Shown: positions 29,777-38,302, numbered from the stretch's first letter. The stretch is 64,000 bases of DNA from an uncultured Pseudomonadota bacterium (GCA_964384365.1 CAYLKF010000001.1:124163-188162), one strand, 5' to 3'. Notes: generated by a model from the letters alone, not told the origin. Translations and numbers: made by a program.

Positions 29777-30031
29777 ATGGTGCAACTGAATCTTAAACTC
29801 TCGATACCTGAATCCCTAGCAAAGGAAGCAAAAACAGTTGGGCTTTTAAAACCTAAAAGCATCATTAAACTGCTGCGTTCTGAACTCAAATCCAGAAGAA
29901 AAACGAATTTTTTTAAAACTCTTGAAAAACTTTCGTCTCTCAAAATCCCTGCCCTTTCTCCCCAGGAAATTGAAGAAGAAATTCAAAAAGTTCGTGAAGA
30001 AAAAAAACGATATTCCAAAAAGTGTTCTTGA
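29777..30031 (+). CDS. Putative antitoxin for the downstream PIN toxin
   Basis: Small basic/acidic protein (MVQLNLKLSIPESLAKEAK...) immediately upstream of and overlapping a PIN-domain gene. Start chosen at M13 of the track ORF. Confidence 0.45.
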   Translation: MVQLNLKLSIPESLAKEAKTVGLLKPKSIIKLLRSELKSRRKTNFFKTLEKLSSLKIPALSPQEIEEEIQKVREEKKRYSKKCS

Positions 30032-30431
30032 TACCAACATCCTCATTTCCTCTTTCTTCTGGAAAGGCGATCCACGGCGGATTCTTTCGTTCGCTTATAA
30101 AAATAAACTCCAAATTTTTACCAGCCCTGTTCTTTTGTTAGAACTTGAAGAAGTCTTAAACCGACCCAAATTTATTTCATTTTTACAGAATGCACACGTA
30201 ACCCCTCACAACTTAATCATGGATTACGCACAACTGGCGACAGTTGTCACACCCGAGCACATCCCTTCTGTCGTGACACAGGATCCTGATGATAATGAAG
30301 TAGTTGCCTGCGCTCTTGCTTCAAAAGCGGACTTGATCATTTCAGGAGATTCCGATCTGTTAAGTCTCCGAAAGTATGAAAATATACCGATACTTTCTCC
30401 AAAAGAATTCATACGGTGGTTCAAATCATAG
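29994..30431 (+). CDS. PIN-domain toxin (TIGR00305-like PIN family)
   Basis: VLDTNILISSFF...DPDDNEVVACALASKADLIISGDSDLL shows the conserved acidic residues of PIN nucleases. The likely start is GTG 29994 or TTG 29970, overlapping the antitoxin gene. Confidence 0.75.
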   Translation: MKKKNDIPKSVLDTNILISSFFWKGDPRRILSFAYKNKLQIFTSPVLLLELEEVLNRPKFISFLQNAHVTPHNLIMDYAQLATVVTPEHIPSVVTQDPDDNEVVACALASKADLIISGDSDLLSLRKYENIPILSPKEFIRWFKS

Positions 30432-30437
30432 ACTTGC

Positions 30438-30634
30438 TTAATCGATAGAACGACGGATTCTCGCAAACTCATCCATCACTTTATGTGCATCCGCTTGGGT
30501 TTTACGATAGTAATTCTTCAACTTTCGAAGTGCTATTTTCCTTCTGAGATTTTTATTAAAATCGGTAATGATTTGACAGATAGACTTCCATGCAGAGTAA
30601 TTTTGTTCTCCCATTAATTTATTTTTTCTTAACA
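30438..30634 (-). CDS. Small hypothetical basic protein (about 60 aa)
   Basis: Open frame continuing past the end of the DUF4442 gene (MLRKNKLMGEQNYSAWKSICQ...). No homology is recognisable. Confidence 0.25.
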
Positions 30635-31071
30635 TAGACAGTCCTCTGAATCGAAGCATGAACCACATTTTGAGAATCCACAAAATCAATGGGATAAACG
30701 CGAAGAGTGGAGGGTTTTGTTTCGAGTTCTTTTTTGATTTCCTCAACTTCTTGCTGACCCAATTGAATGGTCGCATATAAAGTGGAAGTTCCCGGTTTTT
30801 TATACGAAATACTCCCTTCTTTATCCCACACAATATAACCCCGCCCTAAAAGCTTGATCAGCATCACGACGTGGATTCCATCGACTGCTGAAAATAGGCA
30901 GCCTCCAAAAATTGTTTTTACATAATTTCGGGTTTTCCAATTTAAAGGAAGTTTCAATCGCACTTCGTGGAGATCGTCCGAAAAATAAGTAAAACGCGCG
31001 CCCGTGCGACGAAAAACAGGAAAAAAATTAAAAGCCCAGCGTTGGAGTTTTGTCTTAAATGATTCAGGCAT
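30619..31071 (-). CDS. DUF4442-like hotdog-fold protein
   Basis: The FFPVFRRTGARFTYFSDDLHEVRLKLPLNWKTRNYVKTIFGG pattern resembles the YiiD C-terminal/DUF4442 thioesterase-like family. Confidence 0.5.
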   Translation of the reverse strand: MPESFKTKLQRWAFNFFPVFRRTGARFTYFSDDLHEVRLKLPLNWKTRNYVKTIFGGCLFSAVDGIHVVMLIKLLGRGYIVWDKEGSISYKKPGTSTLYATIQLGQQEVEEIKKELETKPSTLRVYPIDFVDSQNVVHASIQRTVYVKKK

Positions 31072-31318
31072 GGTGGATTAATCAGCTATGCAAATAAAAA
31101 GCGTGTAGATGGGGGCACCGTTCCAAACTACACGCCTTAGGACTACATCTTTTTGTTTAAGCTCACCACCGCAGAACCCAAGGACAGAGGCTTTGGGGTT
31201 TCTCCCCTGTCCTTTAAAGTCTGCAGCACTCACTCCACCCCGAAACTAATTTTTTTATGAATGGGAACCATTCTGGCCTACAAAGGACAAGCTGAAGTGT
31301 CAACAAATTTTTGTACAA

Positions 31319-31768
31319 TTATTTGGGTGGGCTTTTATTCTCCACGCGAATCCACAAATCTTCTCCCTCCCTCTCAACTGGAAAAACTCGAGCTTTGAGC
31401 GCCCTTCCCACATGGCCGCATTTTCCAATTTTTACACAACGGCCATCTCGAATATCGAAACGCCAATTATGGGAATTACACATCACCACATAGGGAGAAA
31501 TTAATTTACTTTTAGAAAGCGGGTAATCGGCATGCGGACAAGCGTCTTTAATCGCATAAAATTCATCGCCCGTTCGAAAAAGGGCAATCGTAAAACGATC
31601 AAGAAAAAAAGTACGAGCACGGCCAGGCTCAAGCTCTGAAACCTTGCCACCATAAATACGGCCGTTGAGGATCGGCGCCCGTTTGGCCTTGGGAATATAA
31701 TCCACGCCAAAAGCTCCATGGCCAAGTAAAATGTCTTCTTGCGGATCTTTTTTTTTCTTTTCTACCAT
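31319..31768 (-). CDS. Rieske [2Fe-2S] domain protein (NirD-like)
   Basis: CPHADYPLS and CNSHNWRF (CxH...CxxH) cluster ligands. Confidence 0.75.
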   Translation of the reverse strand: MVEKKKKDPQEDILLGHGAFGVDYIPKAKRAPILNGRIYGGKVSELEPGRARTFFLDRFTIALFRTGDEFYAIKDACPHADYPLSKSKLISPYVVMCNSHNWRFDIRDGRCVKIGKCGHVGRALKARVFPVEREGEDLWIRVENKSPPK

Positions 31769-31814
31769 ACTTGACTCTCGAAACCAGACGATTTATGGGG
31801 TCTAAAAGGATACG

Positions 31815-31948
31815 TAATGGGTCAGCGTTTTTGATTGAGCGAAAAAGCACCGAATCTATCGATTATAAAAGTAATATCTTTTCGAAATTACTTCAAAAAT
31901 TTTCCTTACGGTGCGTTTTTTCGCGAAAGAAAAAATGCTGACCCATTA
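31815..31948 (+). repeat. Copy C of the 134-bp TIR element; it contains the spurious upstream ATG of the bolA ORF
   Basis: TAATGGGTCAGC ... GCTGACCCATTA termini are identical to copy A. The core is about 85% identical to copies A and B. Confidence 0.6.
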
Positions 31949-31961
31949 TGCGAATAATAAC

Positions 31962-32213
31962 ATGCCAGTAAACCCAAGTGAAATTCAACAATTGATTGAA
32001 AAGGCCCTACCCGGTGCCCAAGTGAAAATCGAAGATTTAGTGGGCGATGGCGATCATTTGCAAGCCACCGTCGTTGCCTCTCAATTTGAAGGGAAAACCC
32101 TTTTACAGCAGCACCAGCTGGTTTATGCCGCTTTACGCGAAACCTTAAAAGAACGATTACATGCTTTAGCTTTAAAAACTTACAGTCCATCGGACTCCGC
32201 GCGCCAGACATAA
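31962..32213 (+). CDS. bolA: BolA-family protein
   Basis: The VKIEDLVGDGDHLQATVVASQFEGKTLLQQHQLVY motif fits BolA. The start is moved to the ATG after the repeat element. Confidence 0.75.
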   Translation: MPVNPSEIQQLIEKALPGAQVKIEDLVGDGDHLQATVVASQFEGKTLLQQHQLVYAALRETLKERLHALALKTYSPSDSARQT

Positions 32214-32288
32214 AGTCTGGCGCTTGACCAAAGGGAGAGAGTTCCTCTTCTCCCCTTTGGAAACCCCATCGGTATAAGGAGAAAATAC

Positions 32289-32600
32289 ATGAATGATATT
32301 CAAAATAAAATTAGTGACGTGATTAAAAACAATAAAGTGGTAATTTTCATGAAAGGAAATCCCGATTCTCCAATGTGTGGTTTCTCCGCTCAGGCCATTC
32401 AAGCTTTAAGAGCAGCAGGCGCTAATCCAGTAGGGATCGATGTTTTAGCCGATCCGAATGTTCGCCAAGGAATCAAAGATTTCACTCAATGGCCCACCAT
32501 CCCTCAAATTTTCATTAATGGGGAATTCGTAGGGGGCTGCGATATCATCACTGAAATGGCTCAACGCGGTGAGCTGAAAAAGCTCATCGAAGCTGCCTAA
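32289..32600 (+). CDS. grxD: Monothiol glutaredoxin Grx4/GrxD
   Basis: CGFS active site (PMCGFSAQA) and a 103-aa Grx fold. It forms the classic BolA–Grx pair. Confidence 0.9.
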   Translation: MNDIQNKISDVIKNNKVVIFMKGNPDSPMCGFSAQAIQALRAAGANPVGIDVLADPNVRQGIKDFTQWPTIPQIFINGEFVGGCDIITEMAQRGELKKLIEAA

Positions 32601-32602
32601 AC

Positions 32603-33247
32603 CTAGCGAATCACCTGCTCGAAGAGTTTTAAAATTTGCTCGCGCCTTTCCAAAATTGCTTCTTCGCTTAAAGGATTTTTCTGAAAAATGTCGCCCATCG
32701 TGTGCGCATGCGAAAAGTAGAACGAAATCGCCCCCATAAAGCTGATAATCAGATGCCCGGGTTTTAAATCTAAACTTAAAACCCCCGTTTTCTGAGCTTG
32801 GAGCACCAAATTTTCCATCTGAAAATAGAGAGGCCCTCGAATATCTTTCCATAAACTTCGCGACATCTTTCCGCCTTCCAAGCCATCCCAAACCAGCAAG
32901 CGAAGAAAAAGCTGGTGACTCGCCATGAAATCATGAAAAATTTGAATTGCCTCGAGCAATAAAGCCCTCTCTTCAAAACGGCCCCCTCTTTTTTCGGCCG
33001 CCTCACTTAAAGCCTTTCCAAACCAAGCACCCAGCTCTTGCCATCCTTCAAAATGGACGGCTTTGTAGAGATCTCGCTTATTCCCAAAATAATGGTAGAT
33101 CATCCGTTTATTGACCTTAGCCTTCTTTAAAATCTCTTCCAAGGTAGTGCCGTGGAAACCCGCTTTAGCAAAGCACTGGGTGGCATAACTTAAGATATTT
33201 GCACGGGTTTTTTCAGGATCCCGCTTCATTTCTTTCTTTTTAGGCAA
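32603..33247 (-). CDS. TetR-family transcriptional regulator
   Basis: N-terminal HTH (ILSYATQCFAKAGFHGTTLEEILKKAKVNKRMIYHYFGNKRDLY). Confidence 0.85.
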   Translation of the reverse strand: MPKKKEMKRDPEKTRANILSYATQCFAKAGFHGTTLEEILKKAKVNKRMIYHYFGNKRDLYKAVHFEGWQELGAWFGKALSEAAEKRGGRFEERALLLEAIQIFHDFMASHQLFLRLLVWDGLEGGKMSRSLWKDIRGPLYFQMENLVLQAQKTGVLSLDLKPGHLIISFMGAISFYFSHAHTMGDIFQKNPLSEEAILERREQILKLFEQVIR

Positions 33248-33264
33248 TGGTTCCCCCTATAAAA

Positions 33265-33335
33265 AGTAACCAAATAGTTACTTATTTATTGACTTTTATT
33301 TCTAAAACTCTATATTAGTAACCATATGGTTACTA
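33265..33335. promoter_or_regulatory. Two palindromic operators plus a sigma70-like promoter in the tetR / hydroxylase divergent region
   Basis: AGTAAC-caaata-GTTACT (33265–33282) and TAGTAACC-atat-GGTTACTA (33316–33335, overlapping the hydroxylase ATG). TTGACT-16 nt-TATATT (33289–33316) lies between them. Confidence 0.6.
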
Positions 33336-33934
33336 ATACTATTCAAAACCCCAACCCAGCACAAGAAAAACCCTTTTTTCTTTTACGACGCGTCGCGCAC
33401 CCACTCACTCCAACTTTTATATTTGGAATTCTTGCATTCGGGATCACCTTCATTTCTTTACACTTTCACCCTCGTTCTCTCTTATCGACTCTTGCCCTTT
33501 TAAGCTTGGGAGTAATTTTCTGGACTCCCACCGAATATGTTTTACACCGTTTTGTTTTTCATCTGACTCAAGTAAAAGAGCCTTGGAAAACGATGGCCTC
33601 TGGCCTTCATATGGCACATCACCGAAATGTTCAAACTCAAGATTTAATCATCGCTCCTCCGGGAGTAGCTGTGATCTTCTCGACTCTTATTTATCTTTTT
33701 TCACTTCTCTTTACCCAAAGCTTTGCAATCTCTGCCCTTTTAATTAGCGGACTTTTTATCGGTTACATTTTCTATGAATGGGCCCATTTCTCCGCGCACC
33801 GCTATCATCCCAAAAATAAGATTGCCGCCTATTTAAAACAGTATCATCTGATGCACCATTTCAAATATCCGAATCGAGTTTTTGGAGTAACCAATCCTTT
33901 TTGGGATTGGATCTTTGGAACTTATTCCAAGTAA
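33326..33934 (+). CDS. Fatty-acid hydroxylase / sterol-desaturase superfamily membrane enzyme
   Basis: Histidine boxes HRFVFH, HMAHHRN and HLMHHFKYP in a 4-TM protein. Confidence 0.75.
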   Translation: MVTNTIQNPNPAQEKPFFLLRRVAHPLTPTFIFGILAFGITFISLHFHPRSLLSTLALLSLGVIFWTPTEYVLHRFVFHLTQVKEPWKTMASGLHMAHHRNVQTQDLIIAPPGVAVIFSTLIYLFSLLFTQSFAISALLISGLFIGYIFYEWAHFSAHRYHPKNKIAAYLKQYHLMHHFKYPNRVFGVTNPFWDWIFGTYSK

Positions 33935-34214
33935 GATTAGCTTTTTCTAAAAAAAACCGTCCGAAATCAAGACTCAAGATCGAACGCTCTGTTCGAAAAT
34001 CGAACTCTTTCTATCTGCTCGCGCAGGTTTTCTGAAGCTCTTCCTCCCATTTTTTGATTAATTGTAACCCCGTGGCTTGCCACGGAGACACCTTATACAA
34101 TGGGGTTTTCAAAGGGGTCCGCCTGAGGCGGACGCCCTTTGGTTAAGCACGGGGTTTCATACCCCGTGTGCGAAGTCCGATTCATTGGCACAGTTACTGC
34201 ATTGTATTCTTTTC
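33935..34214. repeat. Highly structured intergenic region with at least 3 perfect hairpins, including the REP-like core GTCCGCCTGAGGCGGAC
   Basis: CCGTGG-cttg-CCACGG, GTCCGCC-tgag-GCGGAC and CACGGGGT-ttcat-ACCCCGTG. The core TCCGCCTGAGGCGGA recurs at 37145–37159. Confidence 0.5.
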
Positions 34215-34931
34215 ATGAATACACAAAACATTCCTAAAAAAAACTTAAGAGAAATTTCCACCCCTCTTCCATTCAAGGCTAAGGCTTTGGAAAAACCCTC
34301 CTGCTTGCCAGATCAAACGAAGTACGAACCCAGATTACATCGGCTTGAAAAAAGAAAAGAGCCTTCTGAGCTTTCTCTGGAGCATCTTTCTCAAGCTCCT
34401 GAAAATCAGTCACTCTGGCAAAGATCGGGAAACTTTCTAAAAGGTGCCTTAATCGAAGGCCCTACTGAAATGATTTCAGGATTCATCCACCTCACCCCCG
34501 CACATCATCTTATTGAGCACGCTCAAAAAGAATGGAAAGAACCTGGCTATCACCAGAAACTTTTTCAAACTCAAGAAGGAAGACAAAGCCTTTTTAGAGA
34601 GCAAATTCTAAGCACACCCGGCGTGGAGCCTTTAATAGGGCTCACTCATGTGGTGCTACATCCTGTAGCGACAGCAAAAGAAGTGAAAGAACATTACAAA
34701 CAAGAATGGAAAACTGATGAAGGTAAAGGAAAAATTACTTTTGAACTGGCAAGCACTTTACTTCCTCTTCTCAAGGTTTCAAAAGTTGGGGATTTTTTAA
34801 AAATAAGCACTCTGGGAAAAACTTCTTTAAAAACCGCGAATAAAAATATTCTCAAAAACGTTGGAACCGAGGCTTTAAAGGGCCTGACAAACTTGGGCGA
34901 AAAAGAGTTCAAAACGGATCCTGATCACTAA
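34215..34931 (+). CDS. Hypothetical protein
   Basis: About 238 aa, starting at the ATG after the hairpin cluster. The ORF-track N-terminal extension merely translates the hairpins. Confidence 0.35.
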   Translation: MNTQNIPKKNLREISTPLPFKAKALEKPSCLPDQTKYEPRLHRLEKRKEPSELSLEHLSQAPENQSLWQRSGNFLKGALIEGPTEMISGFIHLTPAHHLIEHAQKEWKEPGYHQKLFQTQEGRQSLFREQILSTPGVEPLIGLTHVVLHPVATAKEVKEHYKQEWKTDEGKGKITFELASTLLPLLKVSKVGDFLKISTLGKTSLKTANKNILKNVGTEALKGLTNLGEKEFKTDPDH

Positions 34932-35077
34932 GCAAAATCGGGGTCCAATCGAAAAACCACCTCAAAAAAAAACGAAGATAAAGATTAATTTTAAGGGCTC
35001 AATTCGCCAATCTCTAAAGATAAAGCACTGAAATTTTTCCTAGCTAATCATGCTGAGCTTTTCTATAGGAAGAAGCG

Positions 35078-36250
35078 ATGCATAAAAAGTCGTTACTTAT
35101 TATTTTTCTGGTGGTTTTCATCGATTTGTTGGGTTTTGGAATTGTAATTCCAATTTTACCCTACTACGCCAAATCTTTTGGGGCTTCTGCTACCACTCTC
35201 GGATTACTCATGATGAGTTATTCCCTGATGCAGTTTTTATTTTCTCCTTTTTGGGGAAAGCTTTCCGATAAACTGGGCCGACGCCCTATTCTTTTAACCA
35301 GCATCGCTGGAATTGGCATTTCTCTTCTAGTTTTAGGACTCGCCAGCTCTCTTACTTGGCTTTTCATCGGCAGAATTTTGGCGGGTTTCTTTGGAGCAAA
35401 TATCGCCGTTGCCTCGGCTTATATTGCCGACATCACGGGCCCTGAAGATCGTGCAAAAGGAATGGGAATGATTGGGGCAAGTTTCGGATTAGGCTTTCTC
35501 TTTGGGCCTGCCATTGGAGGAATTCTATCTCAATGGGGTTACGGAACCGCACCTCTTTTCGCATCAATCCTTTCGGCCCTTAATTTCTGCTTCGCTTTTT
35601 TCTTTCTTCGAGAAACCCCGCTTTCTGAAGAACTGCGCCGCAGCCACCGCCATCACCTTCAGCGAGATCGGGTAAAGAAAACGCTGCAAAACCCTCGCAC
35701 CGGTTTGCCAATCCTTTTGTTTTTTGGGGTCACTCTAGGTTTTGCTCAGATGGAAGCGACTTTTGCCTTCTTTCTTCTTTCACGATTCAATCTCGATGCA
35801 AAACACGCAGGCTGGATCTTAGCGCTGATGGCGCTCGTGATGGTTTTCATCCAAGGCGGTGCCATTGGTCGTCTCGTGCGTAAATATGGCGAAGGTAAAT
35901 TAATATTAGTGGGCACTGGATTAATGAGTTTTGCGCTCTTGGCAGCAAGCTTCAGCCCCGTCTTGAAAATATTCGTCGCGTTTTTACTCGTTCAGGCTTT
36001 AGGTTTTTCGATTACTAACCCCTCCCTTTCAAGCTTGGTGTCGCGAGCCACTCATGCAGAAGATCAAGGTTCAACTCTGGGAGTTTATCAATCGGCAGGC
36101 AGTTTAGCGCGCATCTTGGGACCGATTTTGGCGGGCCTACTTTTTGACCACTTTGGCCCTCCAATGCCTTTTCAGAGTGCCGCTCTTTTATTTGGGGGAA
36201 TTTGCGTGATTGCTTGGGTTCAGCAGAAAAAATTAAAAGCCGTTTTATAA
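35078..36250 (+). CDS. MFS transporter (TetA-like drug:H+ antiporter family)
   Basis: 12 TM segments. GKLSDKLGRRPILL and GRILAGFFGAN are motif A and motif C-like sequences. Confidence 0.8.
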   Translation: MHKKSLLIIFLVVFIDLLGFGIVIPILPYYAKSFGASATTLGLLMMSYSLMQFLFSPFWGKLSDKLGRRPILLTSIAGIGISLLVLGLASSLTWLFIGRILAGFFGANIAVASAYIADITGPEDRAKGMGMIGASFGLGFLFGPAIGGILSQWGYGTAPLFASILSALNFCFAFFFLRETPLSEELRRSHRHHLQRDRVKKTLQNPRTGLPILLFFGVTLGFAQMEATFAFFLLSRFNLDAKHAGWILALMALVMVFIQGGAIGRLVRKYGEGKLILVGTGLMSFALLAASFSPVLKIFVAFLLVQALGFSITNPSLSSLVSRATHAEDQGSTLGVYQSAGSLARILGPILAGLLFDHFGPPMPFQSAALLFGGICVIAWVQQKKLKAVL

Positions 36251-36259
36251 GTAAGAAAC

Positions 36260-37117
36260 CTATAAAATCAAATCAAGCAACATGGCGGAAAAAAGCAAAA
36301 TCAAATAAAGAATTGAATAAGCAAAAAAGGGCCAACAAAAACGATTGTTGTGCCGAGAATAAATCCGGTAGGCCCCTGCAATAAATAAAATACTTAATAC
36401 TCCAGCGCTCACTCCGTAAAGCGTTCCAAAGGCCCCCAGAAAATACGGCAGCAAACTTAAGGGGAGCAGTGTTAAAGAATAATAGAAAATCTGCTTACGC
36501 GTTTCTTCTTCTCCCTTCGCAATCGGCAACATGGGCAAGCCCACTTTTGCGTAATCGTCTTTGCACACTAAGGCTAAGGCCCAGAAATGAGGAGGAGTCC
36601 AGAAAAAGATGATCAAAAATAAAAGGAAGGGAATCCAAAAAAGATGAGTGGAAAGTGCAGCGCCCGCAATAAGAGGCCCCATCGCACCTGCGATTCCGCC
36701 AATCACAATGTTGTAAGGAGTACGAGGTTTCAGCCAAAGCGTGTAATAAAAGCTATAAAATAAAATTGTTCCCACACCAAAAAGCGCTGCAAGCCAACCT
36801 CCCCAACGATACAAAAAGAAATTTCCTAAAATTCCAATCACGATACTAAAAATTAACGCTTGCCGAGGGCTAATCAAACCCAGGGGCAAAGGGCGTTTGC
36901 TCGCCGTGCGTTTCATCTGAATATCGCGGTCACGTTCAAAATATTGATTGAGCGCATTCGCAGCCCCACCCACCAAAAAAATAGCGAAGACCAAGATCCA
37001 AAGGCGGAACGGATCTTGACGCATGGAAAGATCCATCAGCAAAACGATGAGGCCCGTAAAAGCAAACAAAATGCTGATTCGCGGCTTGGTTAAATTAAAA
37101 TAGGCAAGTGGATTCAT
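36260..37117 (-). CDS. ctaB: Protoheme IX farnesyltransferase (heme O synthase)
   Basis: UbiA-family motifs (NQYFERDRD, TASKRPLP). Start chosen at the MNPLAYF ATG. Confidence 0.85.
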   Translation of the reverse strand: MNPLAYFNLTKPRISILFAFTGLIVLLMDLSMRQDPFRLWILVFAIFLVGGAANALNQYFERDRDIQMKRTASKRPLPLGLISPRQALIFSIVIGILGNFFLYRWGGWLAALFGVGTILFYSFYYTLWLKPRTPYNIVIGGIAGAMGPLIAGAALSTHLFWIPFLLFLIIFFWTPPHFWALALVCKDDYAKVGLPMLPIAKGEEETRKQIFYYSLTLLPLSLLPYFLGAFGTLYGVSAGVLSILFIAGAYRIYSRHNNRFCWPFFAYSILYLILLFSAMLLDLIL

Positions 37118-37205
37118 GGTTTCCGACTCCGTCTCTAGTTTTCGTCCGCCTGAGGCGGATACCCGGATTCGGTCGCAACCATTTGTCGCGGCCATACGGA
37201 TTTAG

Positions 37206-38231
37206 TCATGAGCGGAACTCTGCATAGCAAGCCCGAGAAGCTGTGGCAAGATGGGTTTTTAGAAGGGTTAAGAAACACAGGAGCAAGAGAGCAGCTACCC
37301 CATTATGGGCAACGGCTACGGGCAGAGGGAGACCAAAAAAGACATTTGAAAAACCCAAAAAAACCTGCACAGAAACTAAAATCACCAAGGCCCCAGCCAA
37401 AACCCGAAATGTTTTCTCGCGAAAGGCTAAATAAAGTCCTAAAGAAAAAGAATAGAAAAATACAATCATCGCTCCCAAACGGTGCATCCAATGTAAGGTC
37501 ACGCGAGCAGGATTATGAAGCACACCCCATTCATAATTTTTTCCAAACTCGTGCCAAACACCGTAAGCCGATTTGAAATCGAGGGGCGGAATCCAGTGTC
37601 CTTGGCATTGCGGAAAGTCCGGACAAGCTAAAGCCGCATAATTGGCACTCACCCACCCTCCTAAAGTAATTTGGATAATCAAGAGTACAAGACCCACTTT
37701 GATGAGAATAATAGAGAGGGAAAAATTACAAGAGCCTAACTCAGGAGAAGATAGACTTGTAGTCAGTAAAACTTCGCGGGTTTGCAAAAAATGCCAGGCC
37801 AATAAACTTAAGGTTGTAAATCCCCCTAGTAAATGCGCCATCACCACAAAAGGATGAAGCTTTAGGGTAACTGTCCATTTACCCAGTAGCCCTTGAAAAA
37901 TAACCCAGAGCACTAAAAACCAAGGCAGTAAAAATCGCTTTCCTTTGGTATTTCGAAAACGAAGCGAGCAAAACGCAATGAGCAAAACTAAAATACCCAA
38001 AAAACTCGCTGCATAGCGGTGGAGCATCTCTTTCCAGGCTTTATGCATTTCAATATTGGCAACAGCAGAAGATAAATCAATTTGTGAAACCACTAACTTG
38101 CCGTAACACCCCGGCCAATCCGGACACCCTAAACCCGCATTCGATAAACGAACGTACGCTCCTAAGAGGATTAAGCACCAGGTAAAACAGGTCGTAAATA
38201 AAACAAGGTGGGAGTAGTTTTTGATTTTCAA
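37206..38231 (-). CDS. ctaA: Heme A synthase (COX15/CtaA)
   Basis: Cys pairs in the first loop (GLGCPDWPGCYG) and conserved His-containing helices. 341 aa. Confidence 0.85.
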   Translation of the reverse strand: MKIKNYSHLVLFTTCFTWCLILLGAYVRLSNAGLGCPDWPGCYGKLVVSQIDLSSAVANIEMHKAWKEMLHRYAASFLGILVLLIAFCSLRFRNTKGKRFLLPWFLVLWVIFQGLLGKWTVTLKLHPFVVMAHLLGGFTTLSLLAWHFLQTREVLLTTSLSSPELGSCNFSLSIILIKVGLVLLIIQITLGGWVSANYAALACPDFPQCQGHWIPPLDFKSAYGVWHEFGKNYEWGVLHNPARVTLHWMHRLGAMIVFFYSFSLGLYLAFREKTFRVLAGALVILVSVQVFLGFSNVFFGLPLPVAVAHNGVAALLLLCFLTLLKTHLATASRACYAEFRS

Positions 38232-38302
38232 GGTTCAAGGTTTAAGGTTTGAGGCTTAAAGACAAAGGATTCCCCTTACACCTTAAAACTCATACCTTAT
38301 TC
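38232..38302. repeat. Heptamer inverted arrays (AAGGTTN x4 then CCTTANN x4) between coxIV and the ctaA start
   Basis: aaggttcaaggtttaaggtttgaggctt ... ccttacaccttaaaactcataccttatt. Confidence 0.5.

Noticed and set aside
31911-31961. ORF-track N-terminal extension of BolA (MRFFAKEKMLTHYANNN…).
   Set aside because: These codons are simply the translation of the 3' end of the TIR repeat element (…GCGTTTTTTCGCGAAAGAAAAAATGCTGACCCATTATG…). The conserved BolA sequence begins at the downstream ATG (MPVNPSEIQQ…).
34077-34214. ORF-track N-terminal 46 codons of the 34077 ORF (MPRRHLIQWGFQRGPPEADALWLSTGFHTPCAKSD…).
   Set aside because: This is the translation of three perfect hairpins (REP-like). It is far more likely non-coding, so the start was moved to MNTQNIPKK.
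36202-36384. 60-aa plus-strand ORF in the MFS/ctaB gap (K/N-rich).
   Set aside because: It overlaps the 3' end of ctaB on the opposite strand. Its lysine/asparagine-rich composition is typical of an A-rich antisense frame. No SD is present.
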